Positions 1-9,937 of a stretch of DNA of 64,000 nt are shown piece after piece. Origin of the DNA: Arcobacteraceae bacterium (GTDB lineage Bacteria; Campylobacterota; Campylobacteria; Campylobacterales; Arcobacteraceae); contig OY759974.1 in assembly GCA_963662945.1 (NCBI GenBank), positions 896,001 to 960,000 on the forward strand, in the 5' to 3' direction. The position numbers and the translations under genes are program-made. Under the pieces are notes generated by a model. It was not told the DNA's origin and made no database searches. It worked only from the letters and a program-made list of their open reading frames with translations. How positions within the stretch are numbered: the stretch's first letter is position 1; each line of letters begins with the position of its first letter.

Positions 1-2
1 CT

Positions 3-833
3 GTTATTTTAGCTGGAACAGATGGAGTTGGTACAAAATTAAAACTTGCTATTGATAGTGGAAAGTTTGATACTGTTGGTATTGATCTTGTTGCTATGTG
101 TTCAAATGATTTAATTTGTAACTTTGGTGAGCCATTATTTTTCTTAGATTATTATGCTACAGCAAAACTTGAAGTTGAAGAAGCTACACAAGTTGTTAAA
201 GGTATAGCTGAAGGTTGTATAAGAAGTCAATGTGCATTAATTGGTGGGGAAACAGCAGAGATGCCTGGTATGTATAAAGAGGGTGATTTTGATCTTGCTG
301 GTTTTTGTGTAGGAATTGCAGAAAAATCTGAAATGGATAGAGTATCACGTGTTCAAGCAGGTGATATTCTTATAGCTCTTCCAAGTTCTGGTGTTCATTC
401 AAATGGATTTTCATTAGTGAGAAAACTATTATTAGAAAAACTAGGTATGAAGTTTGAAGATGATTTCAATGGAAAACCACTTATAGATACACTTCTTGAA
501 CCAACAAGAATTTATGTTAAAGAATTTAAAGAAAATAAAGAAAATATCAATGCTTTAGCACATATTACAGGTGGAGGTATTGTTGAAAATTTACCAAGAG
601 TTCTTCCTGATAATTTAAGAGCAAAAGTTGAAAGATCAAAAGTAAAAGTTTTACCAATTTTTGAACTTATGGGACAACATGTAGAAGAAGCTGAAATGTT
701 CAGAGCTTTTAATATGGGTGTAGGAATGATTTTTGTTGTAAATCCTGCAAATGTTGATACTGTTTTAGAAAATACTGATGGATATGTGATAGGTCATATT
801 GAAGCTGGAGAGAAAGGTTGTGATATAGTTTAA
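3..833 (+). CDS. purM: Phosphoribosylformylglycinamidine cyclo-ligase (AIR synthetase), 5'-truncated by the window
   Basis: Frame is open from position 3 (VILAGTDGVGTK); contains GGETAEMPG, SSGVHSNGFSLVRK, AHITGGG and FNMGVG motifs. Confidence 0.97.
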   Translation, partial: VILAGTDGVGTKLKLAIDSGKFDTVGIDLVAMCSNDLICNFGEPLFFLDYYATAKLEVEEATQVVKGIAEGCIRSQCALIGGETAEMPGMYKEGDFDLAGFCVGIAEKSEMDRVSRVQAGDILIALPSSGVHSNGFSLVRKLLLEKLGMKFEDDFNGKPLIDTLLEPTRIYVKEFKENKENINALAHITGGGIVENLPRVLPDNLRAKVERSKVKVLPIFELMGQHVEEAEMFRAFNMGVGMIFVVNPANVDTVLENTDGYVIGHIEAGEKGCDIV

Positions 834-851
834 TACTATTTCACTTCAATT

Positions 852-884
852 AAAAAAGCCACTAAAAATTTAGTGGCTTTTTTT
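852..884. terminator. Bidirectional intrinsic terminator
   Basis: AAAAAAGCCACTAAA-aa-TTTAGTGGCTTTTTTT between convergent genes. Confidence 0.85.
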
Positions 885-886
885 AT

Positions 887-1489
887 TTAGAATAATTTAT
901 CTTTTAGATTATCATGAGCAACAGCTGGTTTCCCAGTCCATTGTTTAAAAATATCACAAGCAACTTTTGCACCTTCGCCATTTGCAATTGCAAACATTGT
1001 TTTTGCACCACTTGCTAATCCTACTACATACAAATTTTCTTCTATAATATTATTAGTATTTTTTAGACATACTTTGTTTGGTTTTAATACATCAGTATGT
1101 TCTTGTACTTGTACTAAATCACATTCTATATCAAATTTATGCATTCCAGTTGCCAATACAACAATTTTGGCTTCATAAGAAGTTGTAGGCGTTGTTACTA
1201 TAAAAACATTATCATTTTTTTCTATTTTTGTAACAGTATCACAAACTTTTGTACAACTTTTAAAATTTGCAAGTTGTGTTTCCATTTTTTTAATAAGAGA
1301 ATCTCCCCCTATTCCAAAATCTACCCCTGTTAGATTAAAAAAACTTGCTTTTGTAATATCACTATCTTCATTATCAAGCATAAGATATTTTTTATTCTGT
1401 GCCCAATCAAATTTATCTTCAACAGAGGCTAAAGTTAATGCACATCCATATCCTGCAGCTCCCCCTCCAACAATTAATACATCATACAT
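887..1489 (-). CDS. Short FAD-dependent oxidoreductase (thioredoxin-reductase-like FAD domain)
   Basis: N-terminal DVLIVGGGAAG Rossmann motif, LATG motif, C-terminal LYVVG...AIANGEG; lacks a central NADPH domain. Confidence 0.8.
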   Translation of the reverse strand: MYDVLIVGGGAAGYGCALTLASVEDKFDWAQNKKYLMLDNEDSDITKASFFNLTGVDFGIGGDSLIKKMETQLANFKSCTKVCDTVTKIEKNDNVFIVTTPTTSYEAKIVVLATGMHKFDIECDLVQVQEHTDVLKPNKVCLKNTNNIIEENLYVVGLASGAKTMFAIANGEGAKVACDIFKQWTGKPAVAHDNLKDKLF

Positions 1490-1588
1490 TTATAACTCCA
1501 TATCATTAATTTTTTTAGATAATATCAAAATTAATATAAATGGATTCTATTATGAAATAAATAGTTAAAATCTTAATCAAGGTTTAAG

Positions 1589-1605
1589 ATGATAATGGTT
1601 ATCAT
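1589..1605. promoter_or_regulatory. Fur box upstream of feoAB
   Basis: ATGATAATGGTTATCAT matches the 7-1-7 consensus TGATAAT-N-ATTATCA with one mismatch, 30 nt upstream of feoA. Confidence 0.75.
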
Positions 1606-1634
1606 TTCTAAAATAACTTATTATGGAATAGAAT

Positions 1635-1862
1635 ATGAAATTATCTGATTTAAATATAAATCAAGAAGCTGTTGTTGACAGAATAGATTGTAATGATGAA
1701 TTAAAACAAAGGTTTTATTCATTTGGAATATTTAAAGGTTCAACAGTATTTGTAGAGAATATTAGTTTTGCTAGAAATACAATAGAAATAAATGTAGAGG
1801 ATACTTCAATAGCACTAAGAGTAGAAGAAGCAAATTCTATTGAAGTTACTCCAAAAGGATAA
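1635..1862 (+). CDS. feoA: Ferrous iron transport protein A
   Basis: 75 aa; KQRFYSFGI...IALRVEEA pattern; directly upstream of feoB. Confidence 0.92.
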   Translation: MKLSDLNINQEAVVDRIDCNDELKQRFYSFGIFKGSTVFVENISFARNTIEINVEDTSIALRVEEANSIEVTPKG

Positions 1863-1866
1863 ATAA

Positions 1867-3906
1867 ATGACACCTATGAAAATAGTTTTAGCGGGACAAC
1901 CTAATGTTGGAAAATCATCGCTAATAAATGCTATGTCTAACTCACGGTTAAAAGTGGGAAATTTTAGTGGTGTTACAGTTGAAAAAACACAAATTTGTTT
2001 TGAACATCACTGTCATCAAATAGAGATGATAGATTTGCCAGGAACATATTCTATCAATGGTTTTTCAACAGAAGAAAAAGTTGCAAAAAATTACCTTTTA
2101 GATAAAGACTATGATGTAATTATTAATGTAATTGATGCAACCCATTTAACAAGAAATTTACTTCTTACACTTGAACTGTTAAATCTCAATAAAAAAATGG
2201 TTATTGCTTTAAATATGTATGATGAAGCACAAAAAGAAGGGATACATATAGATGTAGAACAAATTGAAGCTCTCACAGGAATACCAACTGTTGCAGTAAG
2301 TGCAAATACAAAAGAAGGCATAGAAGAACTATTAGATATTGTACACACTTATTATGACAGTGAAACCAGAATTCCATCTAACATAAACTTTAGTGATGCC
2401 ATTGAAGAGGAACTGTATCATCTTACAAAGTTTTTTGAAGCAAAAAACTTTGAATATAAAGATTATACCAGTAGGGAAATGGCTATTAAAGTATTATTTG
2501 AAAATGAAAAATTTTATGCAAAAATTCATGATAAACCAATATTTGCACAATTACAACCAATTCTTCTTATAGCAAGCGAAAAAATATATACCTACTATGA
2601 GACAGAAGATATCAATGAAATTCAAACTACCGAGTTTCATTCTATAGCCCATGGTATAAAATCAGAAACAGTTAAAAGGGATGATGCAAGACTTCCAAAA
2701 CAATTTACAAAAAAAATTGATAATATCCTTATAAATAAATATTTGGGTGTTCCTATATTTTTATTTTTTATGTGGGGACTATTTCAGCTTACTTTTGAAC
2801 TTGGTGCTATTCCTATGGATTATATTGATGCAGCCTTTGCATGGCTTGGTGAAGCTGTGGGAAGTACAATAACACACGAAGGATTGCGTTCTTTAATAGT
2901 TGATGGTATTATAGCTGGAGTTGGTGCTGTTGTTTTATTTTTACCCAATATTATTATTTTGTATATAGGTATTGCACTTCTTGAAACAACTGGTTATATG
3001 AGTAGAGTTGCTTTTTTACTTGATGGTTTTTTTCACAAATTTGGTCTGCATGGAAAAAGTTTTATCCCTCTTGTAACTGGATTTGGATGTAGTGTACCTG
3101 CCTATATGGCTACAAGAACACTTAAAAACGAAAAAGATAGATTAATTACTCTTTTTATTATAGGTTTTATGAGTTGTGGAGCAAAACTTCCTGTATATGT
3201 ACTGTTCGCTGGAGCATTTTTTAGTCAAGAACAAGCTGGGAATGTATTATTTTACATCTACATAGCAGGAGCAATTTTAGGACTTGTGATGGCAAAAGCA
3301 TTAAGAGTATTTGTATTTAAAGGGGAAGATGAACCATTTGTGATGGAGATGCCAAAATATAGGTTACCAACTATGAAACTTATTTATATGATAGTATCTC
3401 AAAAAGCTTGGTCATACTTAAAAAAAGCAGGAACATTTATCCTTGCAGCAACTATTTTAATTTGGTTTGCTTCTAATTATCCAAAAGTAGAAAGTGATAA
3501 TTCAGCTGTTCAATTAGAGAATAGCTATCTTGGACAAATCGGGAAAATAAGTGAGCCATTTTTTGCACCACTTGGATTTGATTGGAAACTCTCAGTTGCA
3601 CTTGAAACGGGACTTGCTGCAAAAGAAGTTGTTGTAGCAACACTTGGAATTCTCTATAATGTTGGTGAAGATGTCACGGAAGATGATGATAGACTATTAG
3701 CAGAATTAAAAAAACAAATTCCATTTGCAACAGCGATTGCTTTTATCGTTTTTGTAATGATTTATTTACCTTGTTTTGCTGCTTCAATGGTATTTGCTAA
3801 AGAAGCTGGAGGATATAAATACCTTGGATATCTGTTTATATTTACAACAACTGTAGCTTGGATCATGAGTTTTATAGCTTATAATATAACTATTGCATTA
3901 ACATAG
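1867..3906 (+). CDS. feoB: Ferrous iron transport protein B
   Basis: GTPase motifs GQPNVGKS, GVTVE, DLPG, NMYD followed by a membrane domain with GFGCSVP and FVMEMPKY. Confidence 0.98.
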   Translation: MTPMKIVLAGQPNVGKSSLINAMSNSRLKVGNFSGVTVEKTQICFEHHCHQIEMIDLPGTYSINGFSTEEKVAKNYLLDKDYDVIINVIDATHLTRNLLLTLELLNLNKKMVIALNMYDEAQKEGIHIDVEQIEALTGIPTVAVSANTKEGIEELLDIVHTYYDSETRIPSNINFSDAIEEELYHLTKFFEAKNFEYKDYTSREMAIKVLFENEKFYAKIHDKPIFAQLQPILLIASEKIYTYYETEDINEIQTTEFHSIAHGIKSETVKRDDARLPKQFTKKIDNILINKYLGVPIFLFFMWGLFQLTFELGAIPMDYIDAAFAWLGEAVGSTITHEGLRSLIVDGIIAGVGAVVLFLPNIIILYIGIALLETTGYMSRVAFLLDGFFHKFGLHGKSFIPLVTGFGCSVPAYMATRTLKNEKDRLITLFIIGFMSCGAKLPVYVLFAGAFFSQEQAGNVLFYIYIAGAILGLVMAKALRVFVFKGEDEPFVMEMPKYRLPTMKLIYMIVSQKAWSYLKKAGTFILAATILIWFASNYPKVESDNSAVQLENSYLGQIGKISEPFFAPLGFDWKLSVALETGLAAKEVVVATLGILYNVGEDVTEDDDRLLAELKKQIPFATAIAFIVFVMIYLPCFAASMVFAKEAGGYKYLGYLFIFTTTVAWIMSFIAYNITIALT

Positions 3907-3911
3907 TTGAT

Positions 3912-4211
3912 ATGTTTCTTATAATCCCAGCTATTGTAATATTCCTTGCTTTTTCATACTTACATTTAAATGAAAATGTAAGTATGTTTGTAGAAATTTC
4001 TATTTATATCTTTATAATAAGTGTCATTTCATTCTCTCTTTATATCTATAAGGCAATACGAAAAAACCTTAAACAACAAGAGTTGAATAAGATTTTATTA
4101 GAAATACATCAACTTGAACAAAAACTAAAACTTACTACTCTAGAAAATGAAAAAGAAACTATTAATCTACAAATTAAAAAATTGCAAGAAGAATCAAAAA
4201 CTTTTTTCTAA
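3912..4211 (+). CDS. Small membrane protein with two TM helices and a coiled-coil tail
   Basis: Starts 5 nt after feoB; hydrophobic N-half; overlaps the sodB 3' end by 18 nt. Confidence 0.6.
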   Translation: MFLIIPAIVIFLAFSYLHLNENVSMFVEISIYIFIISVISFSLYIYKAIRKNLKQQELNKILLEIHQLEQKLKLTTLENEKETINLQIKKLQEESKTFF

Positions 4212-4778
4212 ATTTGTAGAAACAAACTCCCAATTTATAAGCTTCCAAAAATTTTCCAAATATTCTGCTCTAGCATTTTTATAATCTAAATAATAAGCAT
4301 GCTCCCAAACATCACAAACCATTAATGGGACCAATCCTGATACAATTGGTGTATCTGCATTTGATGTTGTAACAATTGTTAATTTTAGATTTTTATCTAA
4401 ACATAACCAAACCCAACCAGACCCAAACAAACCTATTGCTTTTTCAATAAAAGCTTTTTTTAATTCGTCTTCTGAACCAAATTGTTCATTAATTTTTGAT
4501 GTCAAATATGTTGATTGATTTCTTTGTGTATTTGATAAACTATTCCAAAAAAAATCGTGATTATATACTTGGGCAGCATTATTAAAAATTGCACCATCGG
4601 CACTTTGAATAATTTCTATAAGAGTTTTTGGTTCAAAAATTGTCTCTTTTATGAGAGAATTTAATTTAGCAACATATCCAGCATGATGTTTATCATAATG
4701 ATAATGTAAAGTCTCTTCCGAAATCATTGGCGCCAACGCATCATAACCATAAGGTAATTTCATTAATACATGTTCCAT
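4194..4778 (-). CDS. sodB: Superoxide dismutase, Fe type
   Basis: HYDKHH, FNNAAQVYNH (Fe-type signature), FGSGW, DVWEHAYY. Confidence 0.95.
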   Translation of the reverse strand: MEHVLMKLPYGYDALAPMISEETLHYHYDKHHAGYVAKLNSLIKETIFEPKTLIEIIQSADGAIFNNAAQVYNHDFFWNSLSNTQRNQSTYLTSKINEQFGSEDELKKAFIEKAIGLFGSGWVWLCLDKNLKLTIVTTSNADTPIVSGLVPLMVCDVWEHAYYLDYKNARAEYLENFWKLINWEFVSTNLEKSF

Positions 4779-4897
4779 AATTTTCTCCTTCGATTAATTA
4801 TTTATTATTGTAAATGGTTGCAAAAATGGACTTAAGAAGTAATGAATATTTTGATGTAATGTATTGTTTACAAGTATTGAAAAATATAAAAGAATAA

Positions 4898-4973
4898 TGG
4901 AGCTTCAAATAGGACTTGAACCTACGACCTGCTGATTACAAATCAGCTGCTCTACCAACTGAGCTATTGAAGC
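4898..4973 (-). tRNA. tRNA-Thr(TGT)
   Basis: Reverse complement folds as a cloverleaf with anticodon arm CTGAT-TTGTAA-TCAG and encoded CCA. Confidence 0.96.
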
Positions 4974-5005
4974 AATAATAATGAAATCAAGATTTGATTT
5001 TTAAG

Positions 5006-5082
5006 TGGAGCGGGAGACGAGACTCGAACTCGCGACAATCTGCTTGGAAGGCAGAGGCTCTAGCCAACTGAGCTACTCCCGC
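5006..5082 (-). tRNA. tRNA-Gly(TCC)
   Basis: GCGGGAGTAGCTCAG...CTGCCTTCCAAGCAG...GGTTCGAG-like T arm, encoded CCA. Confidence 0.96.
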
Positions 5083-5127
5083 TTAAAAAAAGTTGTACAA
5101 ACATTTTAACACACTAAAGCTTAAAAG

Positions 5128-5204
5128 TGGTGGGTTCAGAAGGACTCGAACCTTCGACCACTCGGTTATGAGCCGAGTGCTCTAACCAGCTGAGCTATGA
5201 ACCC
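5128..5204 (-). tRNA. tRNA with CAT anticodon, probably tRNA-Ile2 (lysidine) rather than Met
   Basis: Anticodon arm CTCGG-CTCATAA-CCGAG; paired G1-C72 and no triple G-C, so not initiator; resembles Ile2 tRNAs. Confidence 0.85.
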
Positions 5205-5292
5205 TTTTTGCTGTAAGCCGTGCTTGTTTGTGGACGAAATTATAGTGATATTTTTATTAAAATTCACTTAAATTTATAGCAAATCCAAAAAA

Positions 5293-6560
5293 TTATATTT
5301 TTACTACAATTGTACTGTATGGATTATAAAGGACATTGGCTTTTGTTTGTATTTTTACATTTCTTCTTTGAGTATAGTCCACACTAAAAGTACCTCCACT
5401 ATCAAGGGAAAATCTTGCACAAATTTTTGCTGCTTCTTGAATAATATTTTCAGGAATTGATTTTTTGTTAGAAGAGACAATCACATGAGATGATGGCATA
5501 CCTTGAAGATGAAACCAAAAATCACTTGCTTTACTATTTTCTAACAAATAAATATTTTCTCTTTCATCTCTTCCAAGCATAATTTTATATCCATCAATAA
5601 AAAAAGACTGATATGGATTTTGCTTTTTTGTTTTAATTTGATTTTTATCTTTTCTAGGAAAATAAAATTCTATTTCATCAATTGTTTGACAATTTTCAAC
5701 CGTATTTACTAATCTGTTATAAAAATCTAATTTTTGTGATAAATTCAACTGTTCTATATATTGATTTTTTGCTTTTGCTTTTGCTTTTTTTGAATCTCTA
5801 AACAAATCATTAGATTTTTTTAAATTTACACTCTTTTCATATCCACTTTTTAAATAAAGATTTGCAACTATATTTGTAGCTTCTTGATTTAAGATTTCTG
5901 CATTTTGCTCAAGGCTTTCAACATCTTCCAAATTATCAACAATTTTTTTAATTTTTTTCATCTGTTTTTGTAATTGATTGATTTTTGTTTTTTTGTATTT
6001 TCTAGTTCTTTTGATATTTTTTGAGTATATACACCTAATAAATATTCTTCTATATTCGTAACAGTATTAGTTTCATAAGTAAAATTTGGCTTCTTTAATG
6101 TATCTAACTTATTACCAACTTTTACAATTCTTGTTGAAGTCCACTCATCAATGTGTCTCAAAGCTTCTAAAACAACATCTTCTGTATCTAAAATAATTAT
6201 ATTTGTATTTTTACCTGTAAATTCCAATTGTAAGATAGTAGTTTGTTCTTTATAAGAAGATTTGCTTTTTGTTACAATATTTAATACTTTATCATCATCT
6301 CTTAAATATACTTTTTCTATTCGTGAATTATTGAATCTTTTTTGTAAAACAATATCAAAAGGTGCTGTAAAAATTTTTTTATTTATATCTTTTTCATTTT
6401 TCATAAATGCAGTTGCATTTCCTTTTGTCATATCAAAATAAATTGTTTTTCTATCATTAAATTCAATTTTTATTGTGTTATTCTCTACTCGTTTTATGTG
6501 ATTAATTGTTGTAAAAGTGCCAAGATATTGGGCTATTTGTTTTAATATGTAATATTTCAT
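5293..6560 (-). pseudogene. NFACT/FbpA/RqcH-family RNA-binding protein split by a 1-nt frameshift near 5982-5994 (real mutation, recoding or assembly error)
   Basis: ORF 5958-6560 has NFACT-N LQLEFTGKNTNIII; ORF 5293-5961 has NFACT-R GRDERENI...DFWFHLQGMPSSHVI; one extra A fuses the two frames. Confidence 0.8.
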
Positions 6561-6647
6561 TTTTAAATCATAACATATTTTAGAAAAATTTTATATTTTT
6601 TTTATATATATCTGATATACTTATACAAATTAAAACTAGGAGATGAA

Positions 6648-6971
6648 ATGAATAAATTACTTAAGTTAGCATTAGTAGGTGCGATAACATTAGGTTTAAG
6701 CGCTACAGTTGCTTCTGCAAACGTTGCTAAAGGACAAAAACTTTACTCTAAAAAGCTTAAAAAAGCTTGTGGATTTACAGGAGCTAAAATGGCTTCTAAG
6801 CATACACAAGGTGAGTGGGAAGCTATTAACGGTAAAGGTGAACTAGCAAAAGAGATTAAAACTATTTGTCCTGCAGCATCTGATGATGATGTTCAAGAAA
6901 AATACATACCTCATTACTATGACTTTTTCTACGAATATGCAAGTGATTCAGGAAATGTTCCTTCTTGTTAA
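6648..6971 (+). CDS. Secreted 107-aa protein with a cytochrome c-like N-terminus (KGQKLY) but no CxxCH
   Basis: Signal peptide, AGGAG RBS, three isolated Cys. Confidence 0.75.
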   Translation: MNKLLKLALVGAITLGLSATVASANVAKGQKLYSKKLKKACGFTGAKMASKHTQGEWEAINGKGELAKEIKTICPAASDDDVQEKYIPHYYDFFYEYASDSGNVPSC

Positions 6972-6986
6972 TCAAGAGTTACAACT

Positions 6987-7019
6987 AAAAAAGGTTAGCT
7001 AATTAGCTAACCTTTTTTT
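6987..7019. terminator. Bidirectional terminator (perfect palindrome)
   Basis: AAAAAAGGTTAGCTAATTAGCTAACCTTTTTTT between convergent genes. Confidence 0.85.
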
Positions 7020-7043
7020 ATACTTACTATACAGATGATTATA

Positions 7044-8003
7044 TTAAATAATTAATAATCCCAAAGTAAATAAAATCTGTACAACAAAAACAATACTTGC
7101 TATTTTTAAAGCTAATTTTCCATCACTTTTAATACTATTAAAATGTATTTTTAATCCAACTGCACTCATTGCAACTAAAAGTAAAATATGTGAAGCTGAT
7201 GCGATTAAATGTTTAATTGTATCATTAACAAGACCGAAAGAACTTATAAGTGAGAAAACAATAAATGCTATGATAAAGCCAGGAACACTTGCACCTTTTG
7301 TATTTTCATCACTACTTTTTCTATGAAATAAATAAATAAGAATAAATACTAAAGGAGTCAGTAATAAAATTCTACCCATCTTTACAGCTGTTGCACTTAC
7401 TCCTGCTGTATCACTTATACTAAATCCTCCTGCTGTTACTTGTCCTACTGCTTGCAGGGTATTTCCTACTAATATCCCAGCATCTATTTCATTCAATCCA
7501 AAACTTATAGCAATAAAAGGGACTAAAAAAATACCTACTGTTCCCAAAAGATTTACAATTGCAACAGAGATTCCTATAAAATGTTTATCTGCTTTGATAA
7601 TTGGAGCCGTTGCACTAATAGCACTACTTCCACATACTCCATTTCCTATTCCCAATAATAAAGCTAATTTAACATCTATTTTATAATATCTTCCAATCAA
7701 AACTGCACTATAAATTGTTACAATCATACCAAGAATTATTATAACTAATGTTTTAAATCCAAGTGATGACAAAATATTAAAATCAAGATTAATTCCCATT
7801 AATCCTATAGAATATCCTAAAAGTGTTTTTTCTGCATATGTAATACCACTATTGTAACTCTCATTAAATTTAACCACATTTCCAACTATTATTCCTAATA
7901 TAATTGCAATAGCAACTGAACCTATTAAAATAAATTTTGCTAAAAAAAATGCAACTACACTTACTCCTATTGCGACACCTAAACCCTTAATATATTTACT
8001 CAT
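7044..8003 (-). CDS. YeiH/UPF0324 family membrane protein (putative sulfate/sulfite exporter family)
   Basis: About 10 TM helices; GNGVCGSSAISATAP and KMGRILLL motifs. Confidence 0.88.
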   Translation of the reverse strand: MSKYIKGLGVAIGVSVVAFFLAKFILIGSVAIAIILGIIVGNVVKFNESYNSGITYAEKTLLGYSIGLMGINLDFNILSSLGFKTLVIIILGMIVTIYSAVLIGRYYKIDVKLALLLGIGNGVCGSSAISATAPIIKADKHFIGISVAIVNLLGTVGIFLVPFIAISFGLNEIDAGILVGNTLQAVGQVTAGGFSISDTAGVSATAVKMGRILLLTPLVFILIYLFHRKSSDENTKGASVPGFIIAFIVFSLISSFGLVNDTIKHLIASASHILLLVAMSAVGLKIHFNSIKSDGKLALKIASIVFVVQILFTLGLLII

Positions 8004-8013
8004 TATTCTCTTC

Positions 8014-9087
8014 TTAAATTTTAAATTTTTTATCTAAATCTTCTACAATAGAAGAATCTATCTTATTTTCCATTGCTTCTTTTTTCAATATTTCAATTGC
8101 TTCTTCATGACTAAATGCTTTTCTATAAACTTTTTCTTCTAATAATGCTTGATATATAACTAATACAGCTAATAATCTCTCTTTTAAACTTAAATTTGCA
8201 GCATCTAATTCATAAGGAGTTCCTGTCCCATCTAATCTTTCATTATATGTTGAACAGAGTTTAGCAATATCATCAAAACCAAAAACAGAAGATAAAATAG
8301 AATATGAAAAATAAGGAATTGACTTAACCATATCAATTTCTTCTTTTGTTAAAATATTACTTTTAAAATAGATCTCTTTAGGTAAAAACAGTTTTCCTAT
8401 AGCATGTAAATTAGAAGATATTATCATTCTTGATGTATCTTTATTATCTAAATTATACACTTGACACATTGCTGTGCATTTTATACCAATACTATTTGCA
8501 TTTTTATTATTTGTATAAGCATAGATTGTTTCATTAATAATTTCTGATAACTTTATCAATTGTGTATACTCAATCTCTATAGTAAAATCTTGTAAAAAAT
8601 TATATACATAATATGGCAATTGACATTCATTAATCAAATCCAACCAAAATGTCATATCATTACTTAAATCACTAAAACTCTCTTTTAAATCTTCACCAAA
8701 AGTATTGCTACTTAATATCTGTGATATTAAAGCCTCTTTATTTTTAATAATATTATGTTCAATCTCAATATTATTTTCAATAAAAATACTTAATTCTAAA
8801 ATATGTTTTATACTTTTATCACTATAGATAGTGTTTTCAATAAAAGGCATTTCTTTTAAGTGTTCGATAGGAATATCCAATCTATATAATAATGAATAAG
8901 AACAAAGATCAGAAAAATGTTCAGCTGTAAAGTGCGTATAACTTGATAATCTTAAAGCAATATATGAAATTCTTTTTGAATTAAAAATTACACCATATTT
9001 ATTTTTCTCAAATACTTTATCAAAAGCACCACTAAAACCCATTAAAAAATTATTAAAATTAAATTTAACATGAGTCATTTTATCCAT
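8014..9087 (-). CDS. Degenerate HD-GYP domain protein
   Basis: LHAIGKL, YNERLDGTGTPY and YRKAFS resemble HD-GYP motifs, with substitutions at catalytic positions. Confidence 0.75.
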   Translation of the reverse strand: MDKMTHVKFNFNNFLMGFSGAFDKVFEKNKYGVIFNSKRISYIALRLSSYTHFTAEHFSDLCSYSLLYRLDIPIEHLKEMPFIENTIYSDKSIKHILELSIFIENNIEIEHNIIKNKEALISQILSSNTFGEDLKESFSDLSNDMTFWLDLINECQLPYYVYNFLQDFTIEIEYTQLIKLSEIINETIYAYTNNKNANSIGIKCTAMCQVYNLDNKDTSRMIISSNLHAIGKLFLPKEIYFKSNILTKEEIDMVKSIPYFSYSILSSVFGFDDIAKLCSTYNERLDGTGTPYELDAANLSLKERLLAVLVIYQALLEEKVYRKAFSHEEAIEILKKEAMENKIDSSIVEDLDKKFKI

Positions 9088-9529
9088 TGCATTCCTTCAG
9101 ACATTCAATGTCATAATCTTTTTTTATCATCCCTGATGATACAACTTTTGCAAAAATACCTCGATCAGTTTTTAATAAAGCAGGTACTCTTTTGTCTATT
9201 TTAGATAAATGATTACAAATTGTGCAATTCTGTGTTATCTCTAAAACAACTTCACCTATTTTTAACTGCATACCCACTTTTAAAAGAGATAAACTAAAAT
9301 CAATAAGAATATTCTCACCCAAATCACCGTAATCTATATCAATTCCCTGCTCTCTTACGATATCATAAGATTGCGTTGAAGTAATTAAAATTGATCTAAC
9401 TTTATCTTTACCATAAAACTTATCAATAAATACACCATCTTCATCAACTGCTAATTCTGTCTGGTTTATTCTACCATCATACTTCTCTTTTGAAATGAAC
9501 AAGTCCACTATTTTACCTAAAAAAATCAT
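9080..9529 (-). CDS. MOSC domain protein
   Basis: GDLGENILI, LEITQNCTICNHL, RGIFAKVVSSG. Confidence 0.88.
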   Translation of the reverse strand: MIFLGKIVDLFISKEKYDGRINQTELAVDEDGVFIDKFYGKDKVRSILITSTQSYDIVREQGIDIDYGDLGENILIDFSLSLLKVGMQLKIGEVVLEITQNCTICNHLSKIDKRVPALLKTDRGIFAKVVSSGMIKKDYDIECLKECNG

Positions 9530-9850
9530 AACTTAACCTTTAATTATATTTATTATTATAACTATTTATTATAATATTATATCATAATAAAATAGTAATT
9601 TCAATAGTTACTTCCAATTATTTTTTTTATTTATGTTACTCTTTTACCCAAAATTTTAAAAAAAATTTATTTGATAATTATCTATTATAATTCTCATTTA
9701 AACTACTAATAACACTAGAAAATAAGGCTTTTATGGCTATTATTTTTCTTTGTAACCTTAGTTTAAAATTAAATAATCAATAATAACTTATAATAAATAT
9801 TTGTTCATTTAATATGAAAATTATTTTTTACAAATTTCACTATATCTTAC

Positions 9851-9880
9851 TTGACTTTTGAAGTTGTATTTCTATATAAT
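9851..9880 (+). promoter_or_regulatory. Putative sigma70 promoter of soxCD
   Basis: TTGACT-N18-TATAAT. Confidence 0.6.
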
Positions 9881-9937
9881 TTGTAGTTTTGGTATGAAAA
9901 ATGCCTAATCAATACAATTTTAAAAAGGAGAATGTTA

